Source: Candidatus Bathyarchaeia archaeon (GTDB lineage: Archaea; Thermoproteota; Bathyarchaeia; Bathyarchaeales; Bathycorpusculaceae). From it: a stretch of 64,000 nt of DNA. The notes beneath the pieces are model-generated. The model did no database searches, had not been told where the DNA came from, and saw nothing but the letters and a program-made list of their open reading frames with translations. Numbering within the stretch: position 1 is the stretch's first letter; the number at the start of each line of letters is the position of its first letter. Location of the stretch: assembly GCA_049522695.1 (NCBI GenBank), contig JBEKNP010000001.1, forward strand, positions 4,261-68,260. The letters run 5' to 3'. Shown here in pieces: positions 29,296 through 39,102 of this stretch. The translations under genes were made by a program, and so were the position numbers.

Positions 29296-29432
29296 ATAAA
29301 ACGGTGCAAGTCCAACCTCAAATAAAAAAAGTACCGCTCAAAAACAAACAAACCACAGCAAACGAGCTATTTTTCGGATTAAGCTCTTAGGAAGATAGCA
29401 GATACATCGAATATGTTTAAGAAAAATGAATT

Positions 29433-29918
29433 TTATGCTAAAATTTGTTGCTTTAGATCTTTTTCATCTTTTGTAATGTGATATGTTTCTAACCCCATTT
29501 TATTGCTTGTTTTGGCGAGTTTTTCATCTGCGGTTATTAACGCATCGCTTTTGCTGTGCTTGCAAGTGGCTATTTGGAGTGCATCTGCTTCGTAGACGTG
29601 GTTGGTTATCACAGTGTCCCAAGTATCAGTGAGGACGGGTGTGTGTATGGGAATAACCTCTATGGCTTCGAGGCGCATTAGTTTTACGAGTTCATTGGCG
29701 AAATTTTTCAGTGTTTGGCTGAACTCTTCTTCGGTTAGCCAGGCTTTTCTGCGCCTTTCGTGGAGAACTCCTAATGCTTCTCCGATATTCCACAGCGAGA
29801 TAGATATTGTAAGTTCGCCTGTTTCGGCTTTATCGAAGATAATGTCGGTTGTTTCGGTGCCCGGTTCTGTCACATACCGCTTCAGTATGACGCTAGTGTC
29901 GAGGTAAAGTTTCCGCAA
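29433..29918 (-). CDS. vapC: VapC/PIN-domain toxin (intact)
   Basis: LYLDTSV, E in WNIGEAL, YEADALQIA and TADEKL: acidic tetrad present. Confidence 0.9.
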   Translation of the reverse strand: MRKLYLDTSVILKRYVTEPGTETTDIIFDKAETGELTISISLWNIGEALGVLHERRRKAWLTEEEFSQTLKNFANELVKLMRLEAIEVIPIHTPVLTDTWDTVITNHVYEADALQIATCKHSKSDALITADEKLAKTSNKMGLETYHITKDEKDLKQQILA

Positions 29919-30189
29919 CTCTTCTGCGCCTCATCTCTTTCACGATTTCCTTTGCTGGCGGTCCCTTGAGCGTAGTTCTTGTTTGTTTTATTTCCTGTGA
30001 AGAAGTTGTCCCCTTCACTGCGATGCCGGTTTTCTTAAACGCTGAAAGGATTTCGTCTTCCATGATTGTGGCTCGCAGGAGCTCTTCAACTTCGCTGCTT
30101 ATTTTTCGCAGGTTTCCGTGCTTCTGGAATACCTGCGTTTTAAATTTCAACCACACCGAATCATCCACGTAGACGCTTACTTTAGTCAA
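29893..30189 (-). CDS. RHH-type antitoxin (VapB-like)
   Basis: MTKVSVYVDDSVWLKFK RHH start; overlaps the PIN gene start. Confidence 0.8.
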   Translation of the reverse strand: MTKVSVYVDDSVWLKFKTQVFQKHGNLRKISSEVEELLRATIMEDEILSAFKKTGIAVKGTTSSQEIKQTRTTLKGPPAKEIVKEMRRRRVAETLPRH

Positions 30190-30207
30190 CTCTATACCTC
30201 TAAACTG

Positions 30208-30221
30208 GTTTACTGGTAAAC
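30208..30221. promoter_or_regulatory. Candidate autoregulatory operator of vapBC
   Basis: GTTTAC-TG-GTAAAC inverted repeat 19-32 nt upstream of the antitoxin start. Confidence 0.5.
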
Positions 30222-30246
30222 AGACATATAGGATTTTCGGAATGGA

Positions 30247-30336
30247 CTTGCTGAGTGGAAGCCAAACGTGGGCTTTGAAGAAGAACTCGAGAGAGCAATA
30301 ATGTGGTTTGTGCCAAAAAACGCAGCATATAGATAG
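30247..30336 (+). pseudogene. 3'-end remnant of a second uxs gene
   Basis: LAEWKPNVGFEEELERAIMWFVPKNAAYR* versus intact uxs LIGWKPNVCFEEGLKRTVSWFL*. Confidence 0.8.
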
Positions 30337-30602
30337 AGCAAGAAAAACGGAAAAATACGCATAAACCTGTCTGACCCTAACTATTCAGAGTCCCCATTTC
30401 CCGTTACAGTTTTCAAGCGTACAAACCACAAGAAGCAGAAAGCACCTATCACCTAACATATTAAACATTCAGGGCATTTGAGAAAAAGCCGAGACGCAAC
30501 TGTTGAGAACTGGAGCGATTCGACGGAAGGAGACTTTAAAGACTTAAAGTTTTATATATGCAGGTTCCTATAACCCAGTAAACTTTATAAAAGTGACTAA
30601 AG

Positions 30603-31319
30603 ATGGCGCTGAAAATTCGAACTGCTGTAGTGCTTGTGGGTGGGTCGGGGTTGCGCATGCGCCCTCTTACGGAAGACCTGCCCAAATGCATGATTCCCTT
30701 GCGCGGAAAACCTCTCCTGTACTGGACGCTCACCTGGCTTCGGGACCACGGCTTTGACCACGTGGTTCTTGGTGTATCTCACCGCAAAGAAGTAGTGATC
30801 AACTACGTTAAAGAAAACCCGCTGGGAATCAAAGTGGATTTCAGTGAGCATACACAGGAAGGTGAAACGGGAGAAGGCTTTCGGCTTGCCATCAAAAGGC
30901 ACGTAAACGACGAGAACTTCCTCGCCATGAACGGCGACGAACTGACCAATATGAATCTTGAGAAATTCGTCGATTTTCACTTTGCACAAAAAGGCATAGC
31001 AACAATAGCCGTGTCGCCCATGCGGTCACCATTCGCCGTTCTTGAGCTAAACGGAAACGATATCGTGGAATTCAAAGAGAAACCCTTACTTGAAGACAAG
31101 GTCATAAACGCAGGTATCTATGTTTTCAATCACGCTATTTGTGACTACTTGCCCATTACAGGCTCCATTGAGAAAACTGCGTTTCCTGCGCTCGCAGAAA
31201 AACGACTTCTCAAAGGATACCGGCTGGGCAAGGGTGAACGTTGGCTAACCATTAATAGCGTTAAAGATTTATCTATAGCCGAAAAAGAGTTTGAATCAAT
31301 ACGAGGTCTCAAAAAATGA
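30603..31319 (+). CDS. Sugar-phosphate nucleotidyltransferase (mannose-1-P guanylyltransferase-like)
   Basis: LVGGSGLRMRPLTEDLPKCMIP, MNGD, INAGIY. Confidence 0.8.
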   Translation: MALKIRTAVVLVGGSGLRMRPLTEDLPKCMIPLRGKPLLYWTLTWLRDHGFDHVVLGVSHRKEVVINYVKENPLGIKVDFSEHTQEGETGEGFRLAIKRHVNDENFLAMNGDELTNMNLEKFVDFHFAQKGIATIAVSPMRSPFAVLELNGNDIVEFKEKPLLEDKVINAGIYVFNHAICDYLPITGSIEKTAFPALAEKRLLKGYRLGKGERWLTINSVKDLSIAEKEFESIRGLKK

Positions 31320-32272
31320 AAGTTCTCATTACAGGTATACTGGGTTTCATAGGAAGCAATCTGGCAGAGAAACTTGTGACCAACGGGGACGAGGTTTACG
31401 GTCTTGTCCGTCGCGTAGCAAGCAGAAACTTGGATGCCCTTGGCGAAACAGTCAAAGACGTAACATTAGTATCAGGAGACATTACAGACTATGCGTCCAC
31501 CCGAAACGCCCTGAAAATCGCAAACCCAGACGTTGTTTTTCACTTAGCTGCCCTGAGTCCAGTTCGCGATTCTTTTGAGCGCCCATTCGAGTATCAACAG
31601 GCAAATTTTACAGGCACAATGAACGTAGCTCACGCTCTATTAGAACTGCCTGATCCCCAAAAGCGGAAGTTGATTGCCGCCTCAACCGCCGAAGTGTACG
31701 GTATACAGGGTAATGAACCGCTAAAAGAGACGCTTACACTGAAGCCGTCAAGTCCTTACGCCGTAACCAAGGCTGCAGGCGACTTGTACTTGCAGATGAT
31801 GTTCAACTCGTTCGATCTGCACGGCACCGTGATGAGACCAACTAACTCGTACGGCAGGAAATTTGAGAAGAATTTCATGGTTGAATACCTCATTACTCAG
31901 ATGTTGAAGGGCGAAAGTCTGTATATTGGCGCTCCTGACTCCGTGAGGGATTACATGTATGTGGACGACCACGTAAATGCTTATGTGCTTGTCGCCAAAA
32001 ACCCAAAGGCAAATGGACAGGTTTACAATGCGGGTACCGGGATCGGCGTAACAAATGGGCAACTGGCTGAAATGATAGCTCAGAAGGCAGGATACGACAC
32101 TAAGAAGATAAAGTTCGGTTCCTATCCTCCGGGCTACCCGCTTAGACCCTTATCATCTGACCAACCCTACCTTGTGCTCGACGCCACGAAAATCAAGAAA
32201 GACATCAACTGGTCATCAAAGTACAATCTAAGCGAAGGATTAGACAAAGTAATCGCGAACCTCAAAAACTGA
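31316..32272 (+). CDS. Extended SDR, GDP-sugar dehydratase/reductase family
   Basis: GILGFIG, HLAALSPV, STAEVYG, SPYAVTK, RPTNSYG, RDYMYV. Confidence 0.8.
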   Translation: MKVLITGILGFIGSNLAEKLVTNGDEVYGLVRRVASRNLDALGETVKDVTLVSGDITDYASTRNALKIANPDVVFHLAALSPVRDSFERPFEYQQANFTGTMNVAHALLELPDPQKRKLIAASTAEVYGIQGNEPLKETLTLKPSSPYAVTKAAGDLYLQMMFNSFDLHGTVMRPTNSYGRKFEKNFMVEYLITQMLKGESLYIGAPDSVRDYMYVDDHVNAYVLVAKNPKANGQVYNAGTGIGVTNGQLAEMIAQKAGYDTKKIKFGSYPPGYPLRPLSSDQPYLVLDATKIKKDINWSSKYNLSEGLDKVIANLKN

Positions 32273-32547
32273 AGTACCAAGGTGACCAAGTGGGTAGAAA
32301 ATACGGCGGTGAAGCATCGATTCAGCTTTAGGCAACTTAAGAAGCAACGCCATAGCAAAAATGACCAACATAAAAACCAACCATATAAACTAAAGAGAAA
32401 CTCGAAGATTCCAATCCTTTGCTATTTGGACAAATGGATCGAACATTATCAGGGTATTTCTCTCATGGTTCGGTGCCTCATACCGCAAAATTTATCAAAT
32501 TCGAACAAACTCCCATAAACGCAATCTGCGATAGGAGAATAAAATGG

Positions 32548-33047
32548 GTGAGTTCAGAGATTAAAAAAATGGTTCCATTCCTTCTGTTCGCTTCGAGCAA
32601 ATAATGAAGTTGATGCACATTGTATCGGTTGAAGCTGTAATAGTAATGGGCAATGCACTCTTGTTTTTAAAGAGGAAAAATCAGCCAGCTAAGGGGCAAT
32701 GGTGGTTCCCTGGAGGCAGAATACATAAAGGCGAATCTTTTGAGGAAACGCTGTACCGCGAAGTCAAAGAAGAAACAGGTCTGCAAATAATCGCCCATAG
32801 CTTTATAGGCGTATACTCAAGGGTTTTTCCTGAAAGACACGGCATAACAATAATTTACTTATGTAAATGCAAAGGCCCAGTAACACTTGACAACGAACAC
32901 TCAGAGTACAAACTGTTTAAAAACACCCCGTCCGATTTGCATCCTTACCTGCTTGAAACCATAAAAGATTCAGAATGGGAAAAAATCTGTAATACCATAC
33001 GAATTAGTTTACGTTATATTCCCTTTAATTGCAGTTTTCACTGTTGA
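32548..33047 (+). pseudogene. NUDIX hydrolase copy 2, 5' frameshift in an A7 run (can restart at ATG 32604)
   Basis: Alignment with copy 1 requires A8 at 32563-32569 but only 7 A are present; 159-nt core almost identical to 28107-28265. Confidence 0.7.
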
Positions 33048-33128
33048 CACCGAGAGTATCTTGTTGTTAAGAATGCCCTCGCATTAAAATTATGGATACA
33101 GTTGATTCAGCAAGTTTGAATAAATGAC

Positions 33129-34094
33129 TTAATTAAATTTCGGTTGATTCTGGTACCATTTAATTGTCTTTTGCAATCCAGTGAGAAGGTCTGTCTTTGC
33201 TTCAAAGCCGAATTCGTTTTTTGCCCTTGTTATATCTAGAAATCTTCGTGGTTGACCGTCGGGTCGTGAAGTATCCCAAGTTATTTTTCCCTCGAAACCT
33301 GTGATTTTGGCGACCATCTCAACTAGTTTTTTAATTGTTATTTCTTTTCCTGAACCGAGGTTGACTGGAGCTGGTTTGTCATATTTTTCGGTGGCTGCTA
33401 AAATTCCTTCAGCGGCGTCTTCTACATATAGGAATTCACGGGATGCGCTACCCGTTCCCCATATTGTTACTTGTTTTTCTCCTTTTTCCATCGCTTCGGT
33501 AAATTTTCTGACAAAGGCGGGTATAACGTGTGATGATTCTAGATCGAAATTGTCGCCTGAACCGTAGAGGTTTACTGGAAGCAAATAAATAATATTCATG
33601 CCATATTGCTGCCTGTAAGCTTGTGCCATTACAAGAAGCGCTTTCTTGGCTATGCCATAGGGAGCATTTGTTTCTTCAGGATACCCATTCCAAAGGTCAT
33701 CCTCTTTAAACGGCGTAGGCGTAAACTTTGGATAAGCGCATACCGTTCCGAGCTGAACGAATTTCTTCACTTTGGCAAGGCGCGCTGCCTCCATAAGTTG
33801 AGCGCCCATCATAATATTATCGTAGAACAGCGTTCCCGGATATTTTTGGTTAAATCCAATACCGCCTACGCGTGCAGCTAAATGAATAATTACGTCAGTG
33901 TTTTCCACAACTTTTTGGCAATTGGCCCAAACCCTTAAGTCTAAAAATTCGTGCTTCGGAATGTATATTTGGCTTGCTGAAACGCCTCGTTTTTGTAACA
34001 AGTTTTCAACTATATGTGTACCTAAAAATCCAGCTCCACCGGTTAGCAATATTTTTTTATTTTCCCAGAAATCTGTCAATCTATTTTCCACCAT
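33129..34094 (-). CDS. fcl: GDP-L-fucose synthase
   Basis: [54 protein letters not shown]. Confidence 0.92.
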   Translation of the reverse strand: MVENRLTDFWENKKILLTGGAGFLGTHIVENLLQKRGVSASQIYIPKHEFLDLRVWANCQKVVENTDVIIHLAARVGGIGFNQKYPGTLFYDNIMMGAQLMEAARLAKVKKFVQLGTVCAYPKFTPTPFKEDDLWNGYPEETNAPYGIAKKALLVMAQAYRQQYGMNIIYLLPVNLYGSGDNFDLESSHVIPAFVRKFTEAMEKGEKQVTIWGTGSASREFLYVEDAAEGILAATEKYDKPAPVNLGSGKEITIKKLVEMVAKITGFEGKITWDTSRPDGQPRRFLDITRAKNEFGFEAKTDLLTGLQKTIKWYQNQPKFN

Positions 34095-35173
34095 CGGTTT
34101 GGAAATCCTTTTCTCAAGATCGCATCACCTTCACCTACGGGTTTTAATCCAGCTTTTCGCATGTCTGCATCAACCATAATTTTGACCAGGTCTTTGAAAC
34201 AAATCTTAGGTTTCCAACCAAAAATTTTCCTGATTTTACTTGAATCAGCTAACAAATCATCAGTTTCAGTCGGCCTAAAATATTTTTGGTCAACTCGTAC
34301 ATAGTCTTCCCAGCTCAGACCAACGTAAGAAAATGCTTGTTCAACGAATTCTCGTACAGAATGCTGTTCTCCAGTTCCAACTACGAAATCGTCTGCTTTT
34401 TCCTGTTGAAGAATTTGCCACATTATTTCAACATATTCTGGAGCAAACCCCCAGTCGCGCTTTGGCTCAAGATTACCAAGATAAAGGAATTGTTGTTTTT
34501 TGGCGATAATGTTGGCAATAGCCATGGTGATTTTTCTGGTAACAAATATTTCACCTCTACGCGGAGATTCATGGTTAAAAAGAATACCATTGCACGCAAA
34601 CAGTCCATAGCCAAGGCGATAGTTTTTTGTCATCCAATAAGCGTAAACTTTGGCCACAGCATAAGGACTTGTTGGACTAAAAATGGTCTTTTCATTTTGA
34701 GGTGAAGGAGCGCTTCCGAACATTTCGCTGCTCGAAGCTTGATAAAATTTAACATGATTACCGCTTCGTCTAACCGACTCCAATATTCTGGTTGTTCCAA
34801 GAGCAGTAACGTTCCCTGTATATTCGGGCATACTAAAACTCACATTAACATGACTCTGAGCACCCAAATGATAGATTTCATCAGGTTTTACGTTATACAA
34901 GATATTAGAAATCTGCTCTGAATCAGACAAATCACCATAATGAAGAAAAAGACGCGCATTAGGTTCATGAGGGTCAACATATAAGTGTTCTAATCTGCTT
35001 GTGTTAAAGGTGCTTGCCCTTCGAATTATACCGTGAACTTCATAGCTTTTTGAAAGCAAAAACTCAGTTAAATAAGATCCATCTTGACCGGTAATCCCAG
35101 TAAGAAACGCTCTTTTCAAATCAAAGCCTTCGTCAATCATTATGTGAATTATTAAAAGTATTAAAATTTGCAC
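34076..35173 (-). CDS. gmd: GDP-mannose 4,6-dehydratase (start probably downstream of 35173)
   Basis: [43 protein letters not shown]. Confidence 0.95.
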   Translation of the reverse strand: MQILILLIIHIMIDEGFDLKRAFLTGITGQDGSYLTEFLLSKSYEVHGIIRRASTFNTSRLEHLYVDPHEPNARLFLHYGDLSDSEQISNILYNVKPDEIYHLGAQSHVNVSFSMPEYTGNVTALGTTRILESVRRSGNHVKFYQASSSEMFGSAPSPQNEKTIFSPTSPYAVAKVYAYWMTKNYRLGYGLFACNGILFNHESPRRGEIFVTRKITMAIANIIAKKQQFLYLGNLEPKRDWGFAPEYVEIMWQILQQEKADDFVVGTGEQHSVREFVEQAFSYVGLSWEDYVRVDQKYFRPTETDDLLADSSKIRKIFGWKPKICFKDLVKIMVDADMRKAGLKPVGEGDAILRKGFPNRWWKID

Positions 35174-35421
35174 AATTTATAGGCTTCCTTTATAGAGTGC
35201 TTTTAAGATTTTAAAAACTTAAGAATGTCTTGGACGTACCTACTTTGCTCAGTGCCTAAACACTGCAAAATATAAACTAACGCATTTATCCTGTTTAAAT
35301 CGATTTTATTTTTTTATTCGTTGCCACTGAAATAACCGCAATACTTTTGTTTCATAGGTTATAATAGATTGGTAATAAGTACAGAAATGGAATAGTTTCC
35401 TCGGATGGAGATTCACTCGCA

Positions 35422-36198
35422 ATGAAAAAAAGTGCTGTAAAAGTAGTTTTATTATGTGGTGGAAAAGGAACGCGTCTAAGAGAAGAAACAGCATTTAAAC
35501 CAAAATGTCTAGTGGAAATTGGAGGAAAACCAATTCTATGGCATATAATGAAAATCTACTCTCATTTTGGTTTCAATAATTTTGTCATTTGTTTGGGATA
35601 TAAAGGAGATATGATAAGAGACTATTTTCAAAATTATTGTCTTTATAATAACGATACGACAATTGAAGTAGCGAAAAAAGAAATATACTTTGAAAATCGT
35701 ACATCAGAAGATTGGAATGTTACCCTTGCGGAAACAGGTGAAGAAACAAATACCGGTGGTAGAATAAAAAAGATAGAAAAATACATTGATACAGCCTTCT
35801 TCTTGGCTACGTACGGAGACGGAGTTGCTGACATAAACATATCCAATCTAATTAAATATCATCTAGAAAACCATAAAATTGCAACTTTAACGGGTTTACA
35901 TCCGACATCAAAATATGGCATCTTACAAATTGATAATGAGGGAACAGTCACATATTTCAAGGAAAAACCGACTCTAAAAGAGTGGGTTTCAGGCGGATTC
36001 TTTGTTTTCAACAAAAGAATATTCAATTACCTCACCGAAAGCTGTATTTTAGAAAGAGAACCATTTGAACATTTAGTAAAAGATAAAGAACTAAACGTTT
36101 ACAAACATGAAGGATTCTGGGGATCAATGGACACTTATAAGGATCTAGAATACCTAAACGATGTATGGCAAACGCAGAAAAAATGGAAAATGTGGTAA
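35422..36198 (+). CDS. rfbF: Glucose-1-phosphate cytidylyltransferase
   Basis: GGKGTRLREET..KPK..VEIGGKPILWHIM, TNTGGRIK, HEGFWGSMDT. Confidence 0.92.
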   Translation: MKKSAVKVVLLCGGKGTRLREETAFKPKCLVEIGGKPILWHIMKIYSHFGFNNFVICLGYKGDMIRDYFQNYCLYNNDTTIEVAKKEIYFENRTSEDWNVTLAETGEETNTGGRIKKIEKYIDTAFFLATYGDGVADINISNLIKYHLENHKIATLTGLHPTSKYGILQIDNEGTVTYFKEKPTLKEWVSGGFFVFNKRIFNYLTESCILEREPFEHLVKDKELNVYKHEGFWGSMDTYKDLEYLNDVWQTQKKWKMW

Positions 36199-37214
36199 GT
36201 GTTGAAGAAATGAGCACAAAAAGCGATTTCTGGACTGAACGTAACGTATTAGTAACAGGGGCTTCTGGCTTCCTCGGTAGTTATCTTGCTGAGAAACTAG
36301 TTAAATCAGACGCGAACGTTATGGCGATAATCAGAGACAACGTTCCAAAATCAAAGTTATATGAGCAAAATATTTACAATAACATAACTGCAATAAGGGG
36401 AGATGTTAGAGACTACTTCCTTCTTCAAAGAGTGTTAAACGAATATGAAATTGAAGTTGTTTTTCATCTTGCAGCTCAAACAATAGTTCAAGTAGCCAAT
36501 AGGTCCCCACTCTCAACATTCGAAACAAACATGAACGGAACTTGGAACCTGTTGGAAGCTGCTAGAAATTCAGAGACTGTTAAAAGAATAATAGTAGCAT
36601 CCACCGATAAAGCCTATGGAGAAAAAAAGCAACTACCCTATTTTGAAACAGATGTGCTCAAGGCTACTCATCCATATGATCTTTCGAAGGCTGCAGCAGA
36701 TATGCTGTGTCAAGGGTATGCTGCAACTTACAAACTTCCAATTGGTATAACACGCTGTGGCAATCTTTACGGTGGAGGGGACCTGAACTTTAACAGAGTT
36801 GTACCACAAACAATAAGACACATTTATTTTAACGAGAATCCAATTATCCGAAGCGATGGAACCTTTCTTAGGGATTACTTCTATGTCGAAGATGCGGTTG
36901 ATGCGTACATTGTGTTTGCTGAGAACCTTTTGGAGAAAAAGCTTGAAGGAGAAGCTTTCAACTTTGGGACTGAGAAACCAGTTAGCGTAATAGATTTGGT
37001 TAATAAAATAATCAAAATTTCGGGCAAAGAAAATTTAAAGCCAATAATCAAAAACTGTGCAAAAGGAGAAATAAAAGATCAATATTTGTCATGCAAAAAA
37101 GCCCACGCTGTTCTACATTGGAAACCTAAACACACACTCGACGAGGGACTTGAAAAAACTCATAGATGGTATGAGAAATGGTTCCTAAAATATGGAAATC
37201 TAATTATTGAGTGA
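36165..37214 (+). CDS. rfbG: CDP-glucose 4,6-dehydratase-like SDR
   Basis: FWTERNVLVTGASGFLG, AAQTIV, STDKAYG, PYDLSK, RCGNLYGGGD; follows rfbF. Confidence 0.8.
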   Translation: MANAEKMENVVSVEEMSTKSDFWTERNVLVTGASGFLGSYLAEKLVKSDANVMAIIRDNVPKSKLYEQNIYNNITAIRGDVRDYFLLQRVLNEYEIEVVFHLAAQTIVQVANRSPLSTFETNMNGTWNLLEAARNSETVKRIIVASTDKAYGEKKQLPYFETDVLKATHPYDLSKAAADMLCQGYAATYKLPIGITRCGNLYGGGDLNFNRVVPQTIRHIYFNENPIIRSDGTFLRDYFYVEDAVDAYIVFAENLLEKKLEGEAFNFGTEKPVSVIDLVNKIIKISGKENLKPIIKNCAKGEIKDQYLSCKKAHAVLHWKPKHTLDEGLEKTHRWYEKWFLKYGNLIIE

Positions 37215-38184
37215 TAGAATGGAGCAAGATTACAGTTACTTACAAGATAAAAAGATACTGATAACTGGTGGATTAGGATTCGTAGGAGTAAATCTGGTAA
37301 AAAAACTCTTAGCAATGGACATAGAACCAACAATAATGGATTTTACATCAGATTTAAGAAGCATAGATAAACACTACATACCATTTGATCTTGATTCTTT
37401 GCCCTTTTACAACATTGACATAAGGCAAAGCGAAAAAGTTGTCGCCATAGTTCAAAACATATCGCCAGATTTCGTAATACACTTAGCAGGAATGACAAAT
37501 TTAGAAAAGACTTTTGAAAAAGCAGAACTCGCTATTGACATAAATCTAAAAGGTTCATTAGCCATCTTAAAAGGGTCCAAAAAAACAAATCTTAACAATT
37601 TTGTGTTCTTAAGTACAAGTGACATATATGGTGGAATTAATCCACCTTTTAGAGAAGACCAACTGGCCCAACCTGCTTCACCCTATTCTGCAAGCAAAGC
37701 AGCAACCGAGATGTTTTTAATCATGTTTTATAATGTTTACAAGATTCCAGTCACTATTTTAAGAAGCTTTAATCTTTATGGTAAATACCAACCACCAGAA
37801 AGAGTCATTCCCTTCATCATCAAGAAATTGTTAAATAACGAAGAAGTACCATTAACCAAAGGCGAACAAAAAAGAGAATTCAATTATGTTGACGATTTGT
37901 TGGATGCTATATTGAGATCACTATTTTTTAAGAACAGTCAAGGTAAAATACTAAATATAGGATCCGGGCTATCCATAAGCATAAAAGAAATTGCCATGTG
38001 TATTGCAAAAAAAATAGGAAAAGTCGACAAACTAAAAATAGGAGCATTACAATACAGAGAAAACGAAATATGGGATATGTATTGCGATAATTCATTGGCA
38101 CGTAACATCTTAAATTGGGAACCAAAGGTATCACTTGACGAAGGTTTAGAAAAGACAATAGAATGGTATAGGAGCATAAAATGA
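37207..38184 (+). CDS. NAD-dependent epimerase/reductase (CDP-deoxysugar reductase-like)
   Basis: GGLGFVG, STSDIYG, SPYSASK, RSFNLYG, REFNYV. Confidence 0.75.
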   Translation: MSDRMEQDYSYLQDKKILITGGLGFVGVNLVKKLLAMDIEPTIMDFTSDLRSIDKHYIPFDLDSLPFYNIDIRQSEKVVAIVQNISPDFVIHLAGMTNLEKTFEKAELAIDINLKGSLAILKGSKKTNLNNFVFLSTSDIYGGINPPFREDQLAQPASPYSASKAATEMFLIMFYNVYKIPVTILRSFNLYGKYQPPERVIPFIIKKLLNNEEVPLTKGEQKREFNYVDDLLDAILRSLFFKNSQGKILNIGSGLSISIKEIAMCIAKKIGKVDKLKIGALQYRENEIWDMYCDNSLARNILNWEPKVSLDEGLEKTIEWYRSIK

Positions 38185-38999
38185 GCGATAAACCCGATTT
38201 AAAACCGAATCTTCTGGTTTCAGTGATTATTCCAACTTTCAACTCAGAAAAACAATTACCCATATGTTTAGAGTCCATAAAAAACCAAACTTATCAAAAT
38301 ATCGAGCTAATTATCGCAGACGGATTCTCAACTGATAAAACTGTTGAAATTGCGGTCCAATATAAAGCAAAAGTATTACAAAAAAGCTGTCCATTTACTG
38401 AAAGAAGAAATTATGGAGCAACTATAGCGCAAGGAGACATTTATTACCATATGGATTCGGACATGATATTGCCTAAAGAATTAATAGAAACAGCGGTAAA
38501 ACAAATCGTTGGTGGATACGACGGAGTAATTATTCCACAACGGTTCTTGGGCGAAGGCTTTTTCGGCAAGTGCAAAGAACTAGAAGTTTTGAGCAGTACA
38601 AATGACGACAAACTAAAAATCTGTAGATTCATGAAAAAAACAGTTTTTGACGCTATAGGAGGATACGACGAGTCTCTCGAAGCAGGTGAGGATTGGGACA
38701 TCACACAAAGGATCGAAGAAAACTATCGACTAGTAAGGATAAATGTGTACGTTATTCACGGCTGGGGAAAATATAACCTGAGCAAATGGGTAAGTAAAAT
38801 GTATTATTATGGGAAAACCGTAAAAGAATATCAGGTTAAGCATAAGAATTATTCAAAGTATCAATGGAGCCCGCTCAGATTTTTTTTGATAGACTATTCA
38901 ATGCTCATAGATGATCCATTACATGCTTGCGGCCTAATTTTCATTAAATCTTGCGAGTTTTTCTCAGGATTTGTTGGACTACTAAACAATTCAGGATGA
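38181..38999 (+). CDS. Glycosyltransferase family 2
   Basis: SVIIPTFNSE, IIADGFSTD, RNYG, DSD, EDWD. Confidence 0.9.
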   Translation: MSDKPDLKPNLLVSVIIPTFNSEKQLPICLESIKNQTYQNIELIIADGFSTDKTVEIAVQYKAKVLQKSCPFTERRNYGATIAQGDIYYHMDSDMILPKELIETAVKQIVGGYDGVIIPQRFLGEGFFGKCKELEVLSSTNDDKLKICRFMKKTVFDAIGGYDESLEAGEDWDITQRIEENYRLVRINVYVIHGWGKYNLSKWVSKMYYYGKTVKEYQVKHKNYSKYQWSPLRFFLIDYSMLIDDPLHACGLIFIKSCEFFSGFVGLLNNSG

Positions 39000-39102
39000 T
39001 AATTATAAATCTGAATAAAAAAAGCATTAATTTCCTTTAAATTTTTGATGCAAATCAAGGAAGTAGCAACTAACATAAAAGCGCTTACTAAATTATTTTA
39101 GT

